From Phoronis australis (Eukaryota; Animalia; Phoronida), in NCBI GenBank assembly GCA_002633005.1, contig NMRA01000043.1, positions 899,588-963,587 of the forward strand: a stretch of 64,000 nucleotides of DNA. Reading direction: 5' to 3'. The translations under genes were made by a program, and so were the position numbers. The notes under the pieces are model-generated. The model was not told the DNA's origin. It searched no databases and was given only the letters and a program-made list of their open reading frames with translations. The first letter of the stretch is position 1. Each line of letters starts with the position of its first letter. Shown here piece after piece: positions 12,487 to 26,445 of the stretch.

Positions 12487-13474
12487 CAAAATTTTATTTT
12501 ATCAAACTTTTCAACAAGAATAAACAAGAAGAGAATTTCACTCAATTATTTAAAAACTTTTAATATAGTACCGCTGTCATCAACAAACGAAATTTTGAAC
12601 ATTTTTGGTAAATGCAGTAAGCATTTGAAAAATCGAAAAATGACAATTTTGGCCATTATTTACATTTTAATTTCAGAAAACTTTACCATATCCTGGAACC
12701 AGCATGTAGGCGTGTCCATCAACAAACATCACATAAACTGCAGTCATTTTTCACTAATGCATTAAAAAGACAAGTGTCAGCTCATAGACATCCTGTGACA
12801 ACACCAATAACTTGGTGACTGTGTAAATATAATCAACACCTGATGCTTGAGTGGTCCACTTAACAGAGGTCCACTATAAAATGGATCTTGATGCAAATAC
12901 CACAATTAAGTAACCAGTCAGAAAAGTAAATGACTGGAGGTCAGTCTCAAAATGTATCAAATGAATAGTTCAACAGATTTTAGCAAATTAATCTTTTGTG
13001 CAAAAGTGTCTTCAGCCACGAAATATGCGATCACACTAAAGTTAAACTTTCCAATCCAGATGCAAATCATAAATCAGATTACACATCTACAAGTTATAGT
13101 GATGTCACGGGGTAACATTGCACAATGCATTTAAAAATCCAAAGCAGCACTGAATTCACCGAAAATAGTATACTACCTCAGTGGCGCGGCTGCTATTCTC
13201 TCCCCTGATTGCGAGATAAACTTCAAACGAAACAGCCCCCGACCCATATTTCGAGTTGCGTATTTGTTTTAGAAATGTCCCTCAAAACAAGCTTGTTATA
13301 TGTGAAACATAAGAACTGATTTAAGATATGGGGCAAGCTGACAAGGTTTCTCTGAGAAACATGTCGGCAAGCGATGCAAGTTCTTACATTGTCTCCATCG
13401 ATTTCTACATGGGGGTTGGCAACTGTCAGTTTTTGCCCTTTTGTTACGCTATATCAATGTATATTTCAAACAAG

Positions 13475-14220
13475 AACTTTGTACAAGACGTATGTACAAT
13501 GAAGACATAGGCATCTCACTAATAGATGCCTAACTGCCAAATTTATGGAAATCCATTGACGACATTTTACGATACAGACGTAAACATAAAAAACTAAAAT
13601 TGCCACTAGGGAGCACACCGGTAGCCTGAAGTCGTCATCCTCTGTTGTCAACTTCATATAAGTATACCAGCAAAATTCGATAAAGAACATGTAGAGCATT
13701 TAGGAGATACAGTCATAAGCACAAAAACAAACAAAGCTGCCACTAGGAGGCGCTATAGTAGTCCAAATCATCGGAAAATCATCGCCAACAGCCCTCTTCA
13801 CAGTAAGAACATATATGCCAATTTTCGAAATCATTCCTTGAGCAGTTTGGTTGATAGAATGGTGGACACCAAAAAACAAGACTTGAAAACAGTAAAAATA
13901 GCCACTAGGTGGCGCAAAGTACATCGAACCCGTCGGAAAATGGGAGGATGGCATCTCACTAATAGATGCCTAACTGCCAAATTTTATGACAATCCGTTGA
14001 GGACCTCCGAGGATCCAGAGATAAGCGTCAAAAACTAAAATTGCCACTAGGGGGCACATCGGTATTCGGAGAGGTCCGAAATTTGTTGTCGTTTGTCGTC
14101 AGCTTCATAGGAACATATCTGCCAAATCTCATCAAGAACCTGTGAGGGGTTTAGGAGATACAGCTGCAGACGCCGGACGCCCAGACAGAGATGACGGTAA
14201 TATGTGACCACATATAAAAA
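13475..14220 (+). mobile_element. Family A HINE-like element
   Basis: Same monomers as 1-971, with GCCACTAG motifs at ~13601, 13740, 13901 and 14043 and the same GACGCCGGACG..GATGACGG end. Confidence 0.7.
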
Positions 14221-14874
14221 GTCAATGAATAAGTAACACCCCATTAAAAAATCCTCAGTTTCTCACTGTAACTGTTGCGTTTCTTTGCCGTTTTTTGGTT
14301 GTGATCTACCCTAGTTTGACAGATGCCGCATGATATTGTTAGCATCACAATCGGCCGCGTCACGAAAAAATTTTATTACCATAAGAATTCAGGTTAATGC
14401 CCAAGCTCATGCCACCTTCAATCCCCTACTTTCGAAAATTAAGACACCATCTCCGGTGCCTCTCTCCTCAATTTCCAGGCTTGCCAATTTCAGTGTCCAG
14501 GGCGTTAACCCAAATGTGTAGTGTAGAACAGTTGCTAGTTCTCCTCTCAAGTGCCTCTCACAGCGCATTACACATATAGAACATGAACATTCTCCAAGAA
14601 AATTATTGGAGCAATGAACCAGAGGTTAACTACCATAAAGTCAATACATCTGGGCACTGTGATTGACATCAAGTGTAGTTGGAACTCATTACACTGTCTC
14701 TGACATGCGGAACTGTGCTTACTGGCCAAACAATACAATTACATACCAATTTCCTCCAGCTAGGGTAACCATGAACATTGTGGTCACCATCCAGCAGCCT
14801 ACTTCAAGCAGTAAAAAACAGTACAGTAAAATTTCTTCAATATAGGATACAATATAATGAAATTTCTCCAAGTA

Positions 14875-16071
14875 TGTCAGTTTGTCATAAAATTTGTTTG
14901 CTTTTTATTTATTTCTTGTTCACACTACACATCGCAATTCTTATCGAATCAATGCGAAATTTAACCACAACATGTGTTTCGTGAATGGCTCGAAGCCTTA
15001 CAAGATGGCGCTGTGGCCGCCATTTTTTCTTCTTTTGTTTGCGAAGCCATAGCTCCACTATTTCTAATCGGATTTTTCTGATTTTTCTTTCTGTGGATAG
15101 ATCATTCCAAAGGGTTGTTGCTAATGTCTCATTTGTTTTTCTCTTAGTATTCTCGAGTTAGTCAAGATTTTCCGGTAATGGTCTCCAAATAAATGAGTTT
15201 TTGTGCTACATCTTCAGCATCCCTTGACAGATCTGTATGAAATTTGGTACGTGGATAGCTCTTTCAAGCACTATCAGCACTGTGAAATTCATTTCTTGTT
15301 ACAACTTGCCATTCTTGTGATATTTGAGATTTACTGCTTAAGTGACTTCTCTTTTTTATTTTTTAACATTTATTGCAATAATAACAAACTACTGCTCTTT
15401 TGTTGACTAGCTATAGCTGCACATTGTTAAGCTATCATACATGCGCTAGAAATTGCAGTTTTCATCTGATGGACTTGAAATTTATGTACAGCGTTTACAC
15501 AGTCAATAGCCAGAGGACTGTTGTTCTTGGGCGAAATCAGACACAAGGTGGCGCTTTGACAGACCTTTTCAAATTATGTTCTCTACGCAATCCATTGACC
15601 GAAACTTCAAATTTGGTACATAAATAGATCTCCTTACGGGCTTTTCAATACACGTTACTGTAATAAGCATCGAGGTCATGATTGTTTATGTTCTTGGCTT
15701 CTCCGTCAATCTTGCCATTAATTTTTTTAATTTCTTTCACCAAGTGTTGCTTTTCAGACCGCTTTCGTTTTTAGTGAAGTAGCTCAAAATAATGGCATTA
15801 TCAGCCTTAAGTTTGTTACCATAACAACCATCAGGAAATCTTTAAGAAGCATGTTTGACATCTTTCAAAAATGAAAAAATGACCAATTATGGCAATTCTT
15901 TTTCTGAAGTTGGTGAGACTTTACCATATGTTGCCAGGCAACCAAACTGGAGAGCCTTTACCATATGTTACAAGGCAACCAAACTGGTGAGACTTTACCA
16001 TATGTTGCCATGCAACCAAACTGGGGTTTTTTGAAAAACATTTGTGACATCTCAACTGCAAAAAGATGCAA
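14875..16071. mobile_element. Interspersed repeat family B, copy 1
   Basis: Collinear with 20670-21554 plus 22459-22572 (e.g. TTTGTCATAAAATTTGTTTG ... CATTTGTGACATCTCAACTGCAAAAAGATGCAA). Internal ~38-bp triplication at ~15917-16024. Confidence 0.8.
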
Positions 16072-16137
16072 GTGATGATAATAGATAATGATCAGGTGAC
16101 TAGAAAATATTAAGACATAAGCACTGCAAATACCAAC

Positions 16138-16250
16138 CGTCTGTACTTAGGCCGGGGCATGAAGCAAACTTGGCAACATCGATAATTTTTACAGCAAATT
16201 GTTGATTGCTCTGCTTGTGAACACATCGTCGCACCACACTGAATGGGCCC
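16138..16250 (-). CDS. CASK: CASK coding exon B ([37 protein letters not shown])
   Basis: 113 bp, ttttcAG acceptor, G|GTTGGT donor. Contains the kinase subdomain I-II AVK lysine. Phase fits both neighbouring exons. Confidence 0.95.
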
Positions 16251-16351
16251 CTGAAAATAGGCACGTTAGTACAGACTGAGTTAACGGACAATACGGGTAA
16301 TGACAATAATGACTGCATCTTCAGCAACTTGACAATTATTACTGTAAACTT

Positions 16352-16575
16352 GGGGCCCGTTCCAAGAAAACTGACTCTGCTAAGTAGTAAGTCAATTTTC
16401 AGATCAAACTAAATTTGCCCTAATTCCATCTCACAACATGACCTCAAGTTTAACTTGAGTTTCTGACTCAAGTTTTACTAGCTTGCTGGATTTGGAAGTT
16501 AAAAGTTTGGAGGTTGAGGCAAATATTAAACTTAAGTCAAAACTGAGCTTAAATCAGTTTCTTGGAACAGGCTCC
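16352..16575. mobile_element. Short MITE
   Basis: Imperfect TIRs GGGGCCCGTTCCAAGAAAACTGA / TCAGTTTCTTGGAACAGGCTCC. Confidence 0.65.
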
Positions 16576-17478
16576 AGGTCTCAACATCCATGTTTTTGAT
16601 TTCTGTGTTAATGACACCAGTTAATGCACGCAGTATTGTTAAATAGCAATTTAATAATTTAACAGTGATCACAAAGACATTTGTTACTAAACAACCCGTT
16701 TTGCTATATTACAGTGAATTTCTTTGCAATTGCTTTGATTCTAATTTTTCTATTTTTTGAGCTGTCAAATTATTGTTGTTAAAGACACATCCTGACTAAG
16801 GCGGGACATACTGCTCTGCAGAAGCTTAGTATTACATGGCGCTTTGTAAATAAGAGCAAAAAAGGACTAGAATTGAGTATTATGCAAAGCTTAGGAAAAT
16901 CTTGTTTCTTTGTCAAAAGGACTTCTCAACAACTTACAAAATAGTTTTTATCTGACTGTTACCCTTGGAAACTAGTGACAGTGCATGGCACAGTTGGCGC
17001 AAAATTGCTGAAACTCAGCTAATATACTGTTCTGTATAAGTTGTTCCACTGTATTGGCCTAGAAAACTTACCAGAATTTTAAAGCAAAAACGTCAGGTGC
17101 CAAGAAGTAAACTTGAGAGATTTCCTAGTTGTAATATTACTCAGAAATTGCTTTCTGCTTATGTTCTGATTTGGGATACTTAAGGTTGGTGTAAGTGGGT
17201 ACATATTTGCTATGTATAGCATCACTTTGCATGTAAACCAGACCCGACTGTCTGGCAAAATGAACATTCTCTAATGTTATCATAGTCAAGTTCTCAACAT
17301 CATTGGAGATTTAGAAAATACTGTTGACCATGGACATTTAAAAAATTATCTGGTGAAGTGTGAATGGACTTGACAAAGGTTCACAATTAACTTAACACAG
17401 ACAATTTATTTAAACTTCTTTAAAAGAAAGGGTGACTACTTCAGTGAATACACTGATTTTCAAGTGATTTGTGAGCTA

Positions 17479-18300
17479 CACATAGTGTACCTAATTATCG
17501 GACGGAACCTAAATATCGGACATTTCATAGAATCTTACTTGACGCATAATCTGAGAATTAAATGACACCAATTTTTGTTCCGTTGTAATGCATTCAATGT
17601 CCGACACCGTCTCGTTTTTTTACAGCGTTGCCTCGTTTTGATTTCACCGAGAGAGGGTGCAATTTAGACCCCCAAGTCGGCCTAAAATGGACGATCGCAT
17701 AAATCGGTTATAAAAGTTGAAAATAAAATCTTTTTCTACAATGACACTATCTCATTGAACTGACAATATGTCACTGTTCCATTTTTTCGTTTGTTTTTAA
17801 ACTCAAGTCAAACCCCGACCGCGCACGTGCGGGTGTCATCTCAAGAAGCCTAAGTGATACTATAAACTGCAGTGAGTTTGCACGTGCTTTAGTCGTCTGC
17901 ACTAATTCATCGAAACGACTTGGCGCCGTCATCAGATTTCATTTTATGGATAATTTTGTTGCGAATGGACCTGGGTTCTAGCAGCATATATGTCAAAACA
18001 CTCGAGCTGAAATTTGGCGACAAGGTGCCCGCGGCCATTACATGGTTAGTCAGTTTTCCGCGGTGTGGCGTATGGAGAAACATGGTGTCCGATATTTAGG
18101 TTCTCCGAAGGTTTGGTTGTTGTGTTCTTTGAAGATCAGTCGGAAAATATATGTGGCTTTCAGTGACAAGATATAGTAACAGAACAATTCCGTGAAGGTA
18201 AATCTTTATTTCAGCAAAGAATTTACAACAATCCGTAATATTTTCAATTAAATATAATGCAAAATGTGCCAAAACGTCCGATGATTAGGTCACTTGACTG
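17479..18300. mobile_element. Tc1/mariner-like MITE
   Basis: Imperfect TIRs (ACCTAATTATCGGACG / CGTCCGATGATTAGGT), internal inverted GAACCTAAATATCGGACA at ~17505 and 18087, TA flanks, CpG-rich relative to the flanking DNA. Confidence 0.7.
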
Positions 18301-18688
18301 TAAAAAGAACAACTGATAGTCAGTTGGTTTAGACCATTACCACACAGACTGATTCGCACCACATATGCTGAGATGGCATGGAACAGAAAGATAAGTCTTA
18401 ACATCAGGGCAACAAGAATTAGGCACCAGATTGAACTCACTCTGACACACAGAGATTCATTAACTAGTTACACGCTCCAATGACAACAAGCCAGGCAAAA
18501 CTTGTAGATTTGATGATTCCTTAAATGCTACCAGTGAGCCAATACATGCTATTAGATCAAACAGCTCTAAGTCAAACAAGTTTTAGAAGACTAATGCGTG
18601 ATGTTGTTTTCCAATAAAAATTGTTGAATCTTATCTATTCCATTATTAGTTGAGCTTTTCAGTCAACAAGCACCCTTGTTCAAAACTA

Positions 18689-19974
18689 CCGTATTCACCC
18701 TAATGAGCGCCCATGCCCCTATGAGCGCCCCCCACACGCGTTTTCAGACTACGCTAAAACAAGCGCTCAATCCATGAATGCTGTGTAGATGCCAAAAATG
18801 CCTTACCTACAGTTCTAAAATTCTACAGTAACATCTCCAATTTATCAATAAGATCCGACAGTCCTAAAGGGATTGTATTATATCTTTCTCGTACAGATCT
18901 TATCCCTCAACAGGAATCCAAATCTCTTTGTACACGTGACAACTGCAAATCGAAGACTAATAAAAACTTGACCTTTGTTCAGTTAAAAGCACGTGGCTAG
19001 GAAGCACGCGCTACATTCAAGAATTTGTCATCCAAGATTAGTCTTCGGGAACTGTCTACTCATGAATGGGAAACATAGCATCGGCAAGAAAAAAATATTG
19101 CCATTTATTTTCGAAAGTTTCTAATACCGTAAAAAACGTTTGCGTTATTTTTAAGGGGGAGTTATTAAATTAGTCGTAATTGGTGTTTTTAAAGTCAAAA
19201 TGACTCATTGATAGTGAACAATTCCACACCCTTACACCCCCCGAGTCTCCCGAAAAATAATTGTTAGACTGTCATGCATCCAGTCACCCGGCGACTCAAT
19301 GACATCGGCCTTACAGAGACAGTTCTCCGTTTTTTAGCAGATGATATCAACAAGTGCTAAATAAAACAAGTTCTGCTTTACTTCTTGTGTTAATTTCCCT
19401 AGTTACAATGCACACCTAGATCTTTACATCGCTTTTATTCTGGAAAATGAACTCTGATGACACGTACACGCTTGCTCACTCACACAATACGCAGACAACT
19501 TCAAAACAAACAACATGTGTGTTCGTCCAGAGATTTTTCTCGTGTTGCGGAGTACAATCCAGCACAGATTTGGACTAAATATGCAGTTAATCCCGACTTC
19601 ACAGGAACTTAAAAATCTCAGGGACACTATTTTGAAAACTTAAGAAGGACTTCAGGTAATTTGTTGAGGCGAAACTATATTTTTAGTCAAGAATTCAAGT
19701 TGACCTATTAGCAGCAACGCATTAGTCGGCAGGTTGTTGCACTTGGATTTTCTGAAAAATGCTCATAACTTAACAACACAGTTTGATAGCAATGCACTGC
19801 AATTTTGTAAAAACTGTCATACAGGTTACAGGTGCGTACCTTTGATGCATTCTAGTCTATGATTTCACCTGATTCGGAGACCGGGTTTCAACCACTTTTG
19901 GGTTATAATAAGCACCCCTCCTTCCGGAGGCGAACTTTTCTAAGCGCCCTGGGCACTTATTAGGGCAAATACGA
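18689..19974 (-). mobile_element. Family H transposon, copy 2 (inverted)
   Basis: TIRs CCGTATTCACCCTAATGAGCGCCC / GGGCACTTATTAGGGCAAATACGA, TA flanks. Confidence 0.85.
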
Positions 19975-20669
19975 TACCATGAGAACATTCATCTGTATCA
20001 GATATATGATTCAGCCTTCGGCACACGGAAAATTTCCAGGTCGACAACTTGGAACTCCATAACTACCAGAACAAAATTTGAAATTTCAAATAAAAACCAG
20101 GAATTCCAGCTCAAAAATTAGTTCTCAAAATCACCCATAGAAATACTGTTTCTAAACTTTCATTGAGTTCGCTGTCTTTATTTTTCTTAAAAAATAGAAG
20201 CAACTGGTTTTTTATGTTTCAAAAACACAGATCCATAGTGAGGCCCATATCTCAGTTGTACATTCACATCCACTGAGCAAACATAAATGACCTGCAGAGA
20301 GTGTGTTCAATAGTTAGATACTCATTATTTTGTGAAGCAAACTGATTCTAAAAATCTAGGACGCCTGTAAAGTGACTATTTTCAAAATATGGATAAATAA
20401 ACACACACTGTCAATATAGCCAGTTTGGCAACAATGATGAGTGTATGGCATTATGTAGTCATTATATCACAAAATGGCTATTGGTCTGGCATAGTATGCA
20501 AATCCCCAGAGTCTAGGTTATTTCCAGGCAATTTTGATCAATAAAGCAGTGTTTACTAGTCACTCAATAACCATGACATAATATTATCTGTAATTGGCTT
20601 CATACCAACACAAAGCTATAACTTCTAAACAAAGGTAAAGTAATGTCACTGGTTTTAATACAAGTTGGT

Positions 20670-22572
20670 TGGTTTGTCATAAAATTTGTTTGTTTCTTGT
20701 TCCCACACTTCGCAATTCTTATCGCATCAACACCATACTTACAAAAATGTGTTTCGTGAATAGCTCAAAGCCTATTTTTTTGTTGAACTCTGATACAAGA
20801 TGGTGTTGTGGCGGCCATTTTTCCTTTTTTCATTTGTGGAGCCATAGCTCCGCTATTTCTGGTCAGATTTTTCTGATTTTTCTTTCTGTGAATAGATCAT
20901 TCCAAGGCCTATCGCAAATGTCTCATTTGTTATTCTTTTACCAGTCTTGAGTTATTTGAGATTTTCTGAGGATTGGTCTCCAAATAATTAAGTTTTCTTG
21001 CCGTATCTTCAGCATCCCTTGAAAGATCTGTCTGATCTGGTAGGTGGATAGATCTTATTCAAGCGCTATCCATATTGTGAAATCCGTTTCTCGTGATATT
21101 CAAGATTTACTGCCCAGAAGACTGCTCTTTTGTTGACTAGTTAATTATAGCTGCACTGCGTTAGGCTATCATATTATGTTGTGCTAGAGATTGCAGTTTT
21201 CGTCGGAAATTTACGTACTATGTTTTCCTAGTCAATAGGACTGTCGTTCTTGGGCAAAATCGGATCAAAGGTGGCGCTGTGATAGCCATATTTCCAATTA
21301 TGTTAGCTCCGCGATCCTTTGACTTACGTCCTAACGGGCTATAGTGTAATGAGCATCTGGATCATGATTGTTTATGTTCTTGGTTTCGTCGTCGATTTTA
21401 CCTTTAAATTTTTAATTTTTTCACCAGACCGCTTTCATTTTTTACTGAAGATAAGTAGCACAAAATTATCAGTCTTACGTTCTATACTATATCTACCAAC
21501 AGGAAATCATTAAGAAGCATGTTTGAAATCTGAAAAATGAAAAATGACTGATTAGGCCAGTCTTAAAAAATATCTTAGTTTGCCCTTACCCGACCCTATT
21601 TTCAGCATCTGGGTAGTTAAGTAGGCAAAACAATTTAATAACTTCATACATCAGTTCTGCCATCATGCCAAAGGATATTCAAATTGTTTTATACTTACCA
21701 CCAAGGGCACCAAGTGATCATAATATCAAACCTAGGTAAAGAGTTAATAGTATAATCTTTTATTCCATAATTCAACCAATATCATCAATAACAAATGCTT
21801 TGTTTTACTTTAGTTTCTCTCTACAATGGCAACACATAATTTCGTAACTAAGTATTTTTCACTTTTTGATGGAGTGCAAACAGGCAACACAACTCTAAAA
21901 CATAAAAGCATGTCCTTTGAACATTCAACACCACATTGAGCAGATTTCTGGGCGCCCAATGTTATTGGCATAGTATGCCAACTCCATGGGGCAGCAGAAC
22001 CCCGAGTTTCTGGGCCTTCTGTAGACAAAAGTATCAGCAGTGCCCACCAAAATGTATACAAACTTCAGGGGTTCCAATGATAGCATGGTTTCTATTGTCT
22101 CCTTCAAATCTATTTGGAACAGCTTTTTTAGTGCAGCAACACAAAGGTTGCACGATCACGTTGCAGTTCGGTGCTCAACTCTGTCCATTTTCTAACTACG
22201 GAACCTGGCTCAAAAAAATATTTCCTACCAGCTCATTTAGAACTTTTGCTATTTTGTTGAAGGATTTTTCCCTGTTTTTTGTAACGAAACAACAAAGTCA
22301 CCAGTAAGGACTTTTTCCTGAGCTGTGTCATCAATCAAGAAAAAATTGAAATTGATTACAGCACTTTACGTAGAGTAATAAATAATAAAGTCAGAGCAAT
22401 TTTGTCCATAAAATTTTCTGAGTCCGCGAGATTTTAGTGGGTTGGTTGGGTAAGGGCCTAATGACAATTCTTTTTCTGAAACTGGAGAAGACTTTACAGT
22501 ATGTTGCCATGTAACTAAGCTGTGTTTTGTTTGTTAAACATTTGTGACATCTCAACTGCAAAAAGATGCAAT
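20670..22572. mobile_element. Family B copy 2, interrupted by a nested insertion
   Basis: Homology to 14875-16071 stops at 21554 and resumes at 22459. Confidence 0.75.
21555..22458. mobile_element. Nested non-autonomous DNA transposon with GGCC..GGCC termini
   Basis: TA|GGCC...GGCC|TA, with subterminal inverted GCCCTTACCCGACC / GGTTGGGTAAGGGC. The empty site is visible in family B copy 1. Confidence 0.75.
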
Positions 22573-22661
22573 GAACCTTGATATCCAACATGCAAACTTG
22601 GGCCATGACATCAACAGTGAGAGCTATGAAATGCAATTTTGACCAAGAGTATATCCCTTAA

Positions 22662-25455
22662 AGACCCTACACAACGGCCAAATGACTTTTGAACATGTTA
22701 AATATCTGTATCATTGATCGACACAAACGTATCATCCCTCCCTTTACTCCTGGCATTAGCTAATTACGCCAATTACTATCGTACGACCCCATCATGAACC
22801 CCATTTAGCGCCGAAAAAAAACTTTAGGTGGCGCTCGTTCTAATCGACGCAAATGACGTCATCGTTGGTACCCAAGACGTATCGAACAGTCCGTTGCCAC
22901 AGGAAGCTTACCTCACGATGTCTGATGCATATTTCAAGTCACAGATTTTCAAAATTACAACTGTTAGAGACAACCAAGCTCAAATATTATACGACATTTA
23001 TCTCGACACTTCCACGTGCATGTAATATCCTACAACTCACTGTCCCTTGATAGTTTAGCGTCGCCGAAGACAGTAGCACGTTCTCGGTGGGGACCACTTA
23101 CTCAGTCTAACATCAAATGCTTATTCACAAAGACGTCGGGGTTTAACGAACAGATTTAACGAACAGGGTCCCTGCGTGCATTGGGGGACAGGTGTGCAAT
23201 GAATGGAGATTTGTCGGACCCAAGGCGACATCCTGGCGGAATGCATGTACCGGAGAATTAATTTGTTTGTAGTCGCTCCGTGATAATTACGGGATTATNT
23301 TTTACTGAGACACAGCCCTATACCTAGGCTACCGGAGCTAACTGTTTGTCCAGGACGAGATGAGTGTGTACCTGAGCTATGAACCTGAATTTTTTTATCA
23401 AAATATTTCGTGACAAGATAAGAAAAGCTATCGAGTCGATCTAGTCAGAGACTATAGTGCATGTGTTGTCTGTAATCTATGACCTACTTTACTCCAGGAG
23501 TCCCACCAGTTGTGACCTACTTTTCATTTGGCGAAATTTAGCAGACGACAGAATAAAAATATCGCTGAATCTTCACTGATTTTATTCGAAAGGTCATGAA
23601 ATCTATGGAATCGTACAGATAATTGGACTTTAAGGTACATATCCAGCTTTACATGAACATATCATATCAGTGGCCTTGTCATTTGTCAGGTGAAGGTAGC
23701 CCCGAGGCCGAGGGGTTCTTCGGATTTTCTCTGGCTCCTCGAGCACTTATTTTTTTCATCGTCACCTTTACAAATTCCCATATCATGAGCGTACGATTCA
23801 CTGTTGAAAAGCATCGCATCTTGTCTCTGTCGACGCGTTTTCAAATAGTGCAAAAACACTCACCGATTCCACCAGGAACGTCGTTTAGCGACAGTGTATT
23901 TGCCTCTGACAGCTCGTTCGAATGTTGGGTATCACATGACTTTTCGCATAGGGGCGGAGCTTGCGATAGGTCAATTGTCACGGAACTCACTACGGACCAT
24001 CATTTGAAGACAAAGGCATTTTACACAAGGCATACGAAACTTAACCTGTAACCGACGCAGCTAGCTGCACGCCGATTAGTGAGACCTGCAGGAAAATCTA
24101 AGCGCGATTGAGGTGGAAACAAAATATTGAACAAAAAGGACAAAGTTAGCGCTGCGAATAGGTTGTCATATTTAAACTATTGTTCGATTTGAGACCAATT
24201 GCACAAGGCATTTTATACTTTGAAGTCAGGGAAATACGCCGTTCCCGTCATAGCACAACCCATCGACATGCTGACTGCACACTTTTTTCAGTGCGTGCCT
24301 CCAAAGTGTACCCAAAGCCCTATTGCCTGACGTTCACGTGCGAGGTTTGTAAGTACACCCTTTCCCGATGTTAGATTTCAAAGAATGTGCCACAAGACTC
24401 AAGTTGAATCAGCGCTCATCTTATGGTCACGTGCATTCGAGTATATGCAACACCCAAGCACTTAATCGAGCCAAGCCAGTGCAATATTTTATTTAGAACG
24501 GCCGCCGTACTCTTTTGATGTGCGACTTGGGGGGTGTGCACCTCTACGTTCTCACCCCTGGAGTACGTGATACATTAGCTGCAACATGTGAGTGACAGAT
24601 GACTCATATATATGTTGCGCGTGCTGTCCCAGAAAAGAGGGCTTGAGAATTTGTTGTCGACTTACTTTTATTCTGATGCAAGACAAGTTGTGACCGTCGT
24701 TTGGCAAGTAACAGCCAAGGGTTGTCATCTTTACGTTTGTTTTTTGCGACAAAAACGAGACGTAGGCTACATTCACCCACACCGTTAATTGACGACATTT
24801 GTGAGCCCCGATCGTATAAAATGGTACCGACCATGTCGCGGTCATTTATTGCCGAGGATATTGTTAGTGGATAAACAAGACATCTTACAGGAAAAATAAG
24901 TATTTTTTCCACCACAGAGTTCGGTAAGTTTGAACGTTGTCAGATTCAGTACGAAACGTAGCTGTTGTAGGACCTTTTACATGGGTGCAAATACTTCGAA
25001 AATTGGTTCGTCGTGGTTCGTGAGTGAATCGATGGCAGACCCTATCCGAGATCTACGCCGCTGTTCGGTTCGAAGGGTGCTTTGCCTGACACCATTGTTT
25101 TGCTAAGTAATATTGCATTATCAGTCGACATTGATGCCTAACGTCGGTGATGTTTCTAATTGGTGACGTTCCTTGAGCAAACTACTTTGTTTTTTACTGT
25201 CCCAGCAGCCGATCAGGTGCTCACTACAGGTTGTGGTTAGCGCGGTAATGTGTAGCTCGCTCTCAACGATGATGTCAATTGGCCAGTCTACTGTGATTCG
25301 TCGAGAGAATAAAAGGGGTTTCTGATGGGGGCACATAATATGGGGGGCACAAAATGCGTAGTAATTAGTTAGTGGTTGTGTGGAATAAAACGAAACAAAG
25401 ATATGTTGCACAAAAGTACATATCTAAAAGGCAGTTGGCTCATTTTATAGGGACT
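22662..25455. mobile_element. Probable Kolobok-like non-autonomous element, possibly composite
   Basis: TTAA on both flanks, AG..CT termini, imperfect TIR (AGACCCTACACAACGGCCAAATGACTTTT vs reverse complement AGTCCCTATAAAATGAGCCAACTGCCTTTT), CpG-rich interior, no recognisable ORF. Confidence 0.55.
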
Positions 25456-26182
25456 TTAAGGAGTATTTCAAAAGGTTTATTTTAAGTATCAAGTCACTAA
25501 ATTAGACATCTAAGCCAGTTCAAATATCATGTGGGCAAAAGAAATTACTTTTCTTGTTGAAACTTCAGACAGAATGGCTTTTGATGTTGTAAAGGAAACA
25601 AATTGTTGATGACGATGAAATGTGTTCCACTTGAAATATCAATATGTATCAACACCTGTTAATCAGAGACAGTTAAAAGGTAGGCAGGGTGTCACTGGGT
25701 GGTCGTCTGTACCAGGTTACCATGTGCTCAACTTTATTTCATTTACTGGATCTTGAAGGTTAATATCCGTTTGTGGCGGCTAAGTTAGTCAAAAAATATG
25801 CCACTTGAAGTTTTCTTTTCTTAACAATGGACTTTACTTCTAATGCCACAGAGAATGTCCAGAGAATGTCCAAGCCCATAGAAAGCAGGTCTGGCATGCC
25901 TTTCAAAAATTTGACTGCTTTATTAACCAGGGCAACTGTCAACTTCAATTGTACCAGTTACCATGCATTGAATTGGAACTTATTAGTTCACACATTGATT
26001 AGCACATTCTGTGGGTTCATCATTTACAAACAGGTAGAACATAACACTTAACATTATGGTTACATGTTGTTCCTAGGAGTCATTACTTTACAAAACATCA
26101 CAGCCAATCCCCATCCTTATAAGAAAATCACAGCCCATCATTACACTCTTAGAAGAGCATCACAGCCAATCATCACCCTTAA

Positions 26183-26445
26183 GGCCTTTTCATACTGACT
26201 CAACTCCGGTCTGAGCAGAGTGTCAACGTAAACTGCAAAGTTAACTAAACCATTCATACTGGCTTCGCTAGTTAAAAGATTTGAAGTAAACGGTAGGTGA
26301 CGCTGTTATCATCGAAGTAATCGCAATTGCGCTACCTTGCGATTACTTCGATGGCAACAGCATCACCTACCGTTTACTTCGATGTTCCTTAACTACTGAA
26401 GCCAGTATGAACGTTTAGTTAACTTTGCAGTTTACATCACAGGCC
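26183..26445. mobile_element. Foldback derivative of the 11173-11672 MITE
   Basis: The first ~145 bp match the MITE left end, and that sequence is then repeated inverted around a ~10-nt loop at 26327-26336. Confidence 0.8.

Noticed and set aside
23623-24051. 142-aa ORF
   Set aside because: Non-ATG start, no recognisable motifs, inside a probable non-autonomous element.
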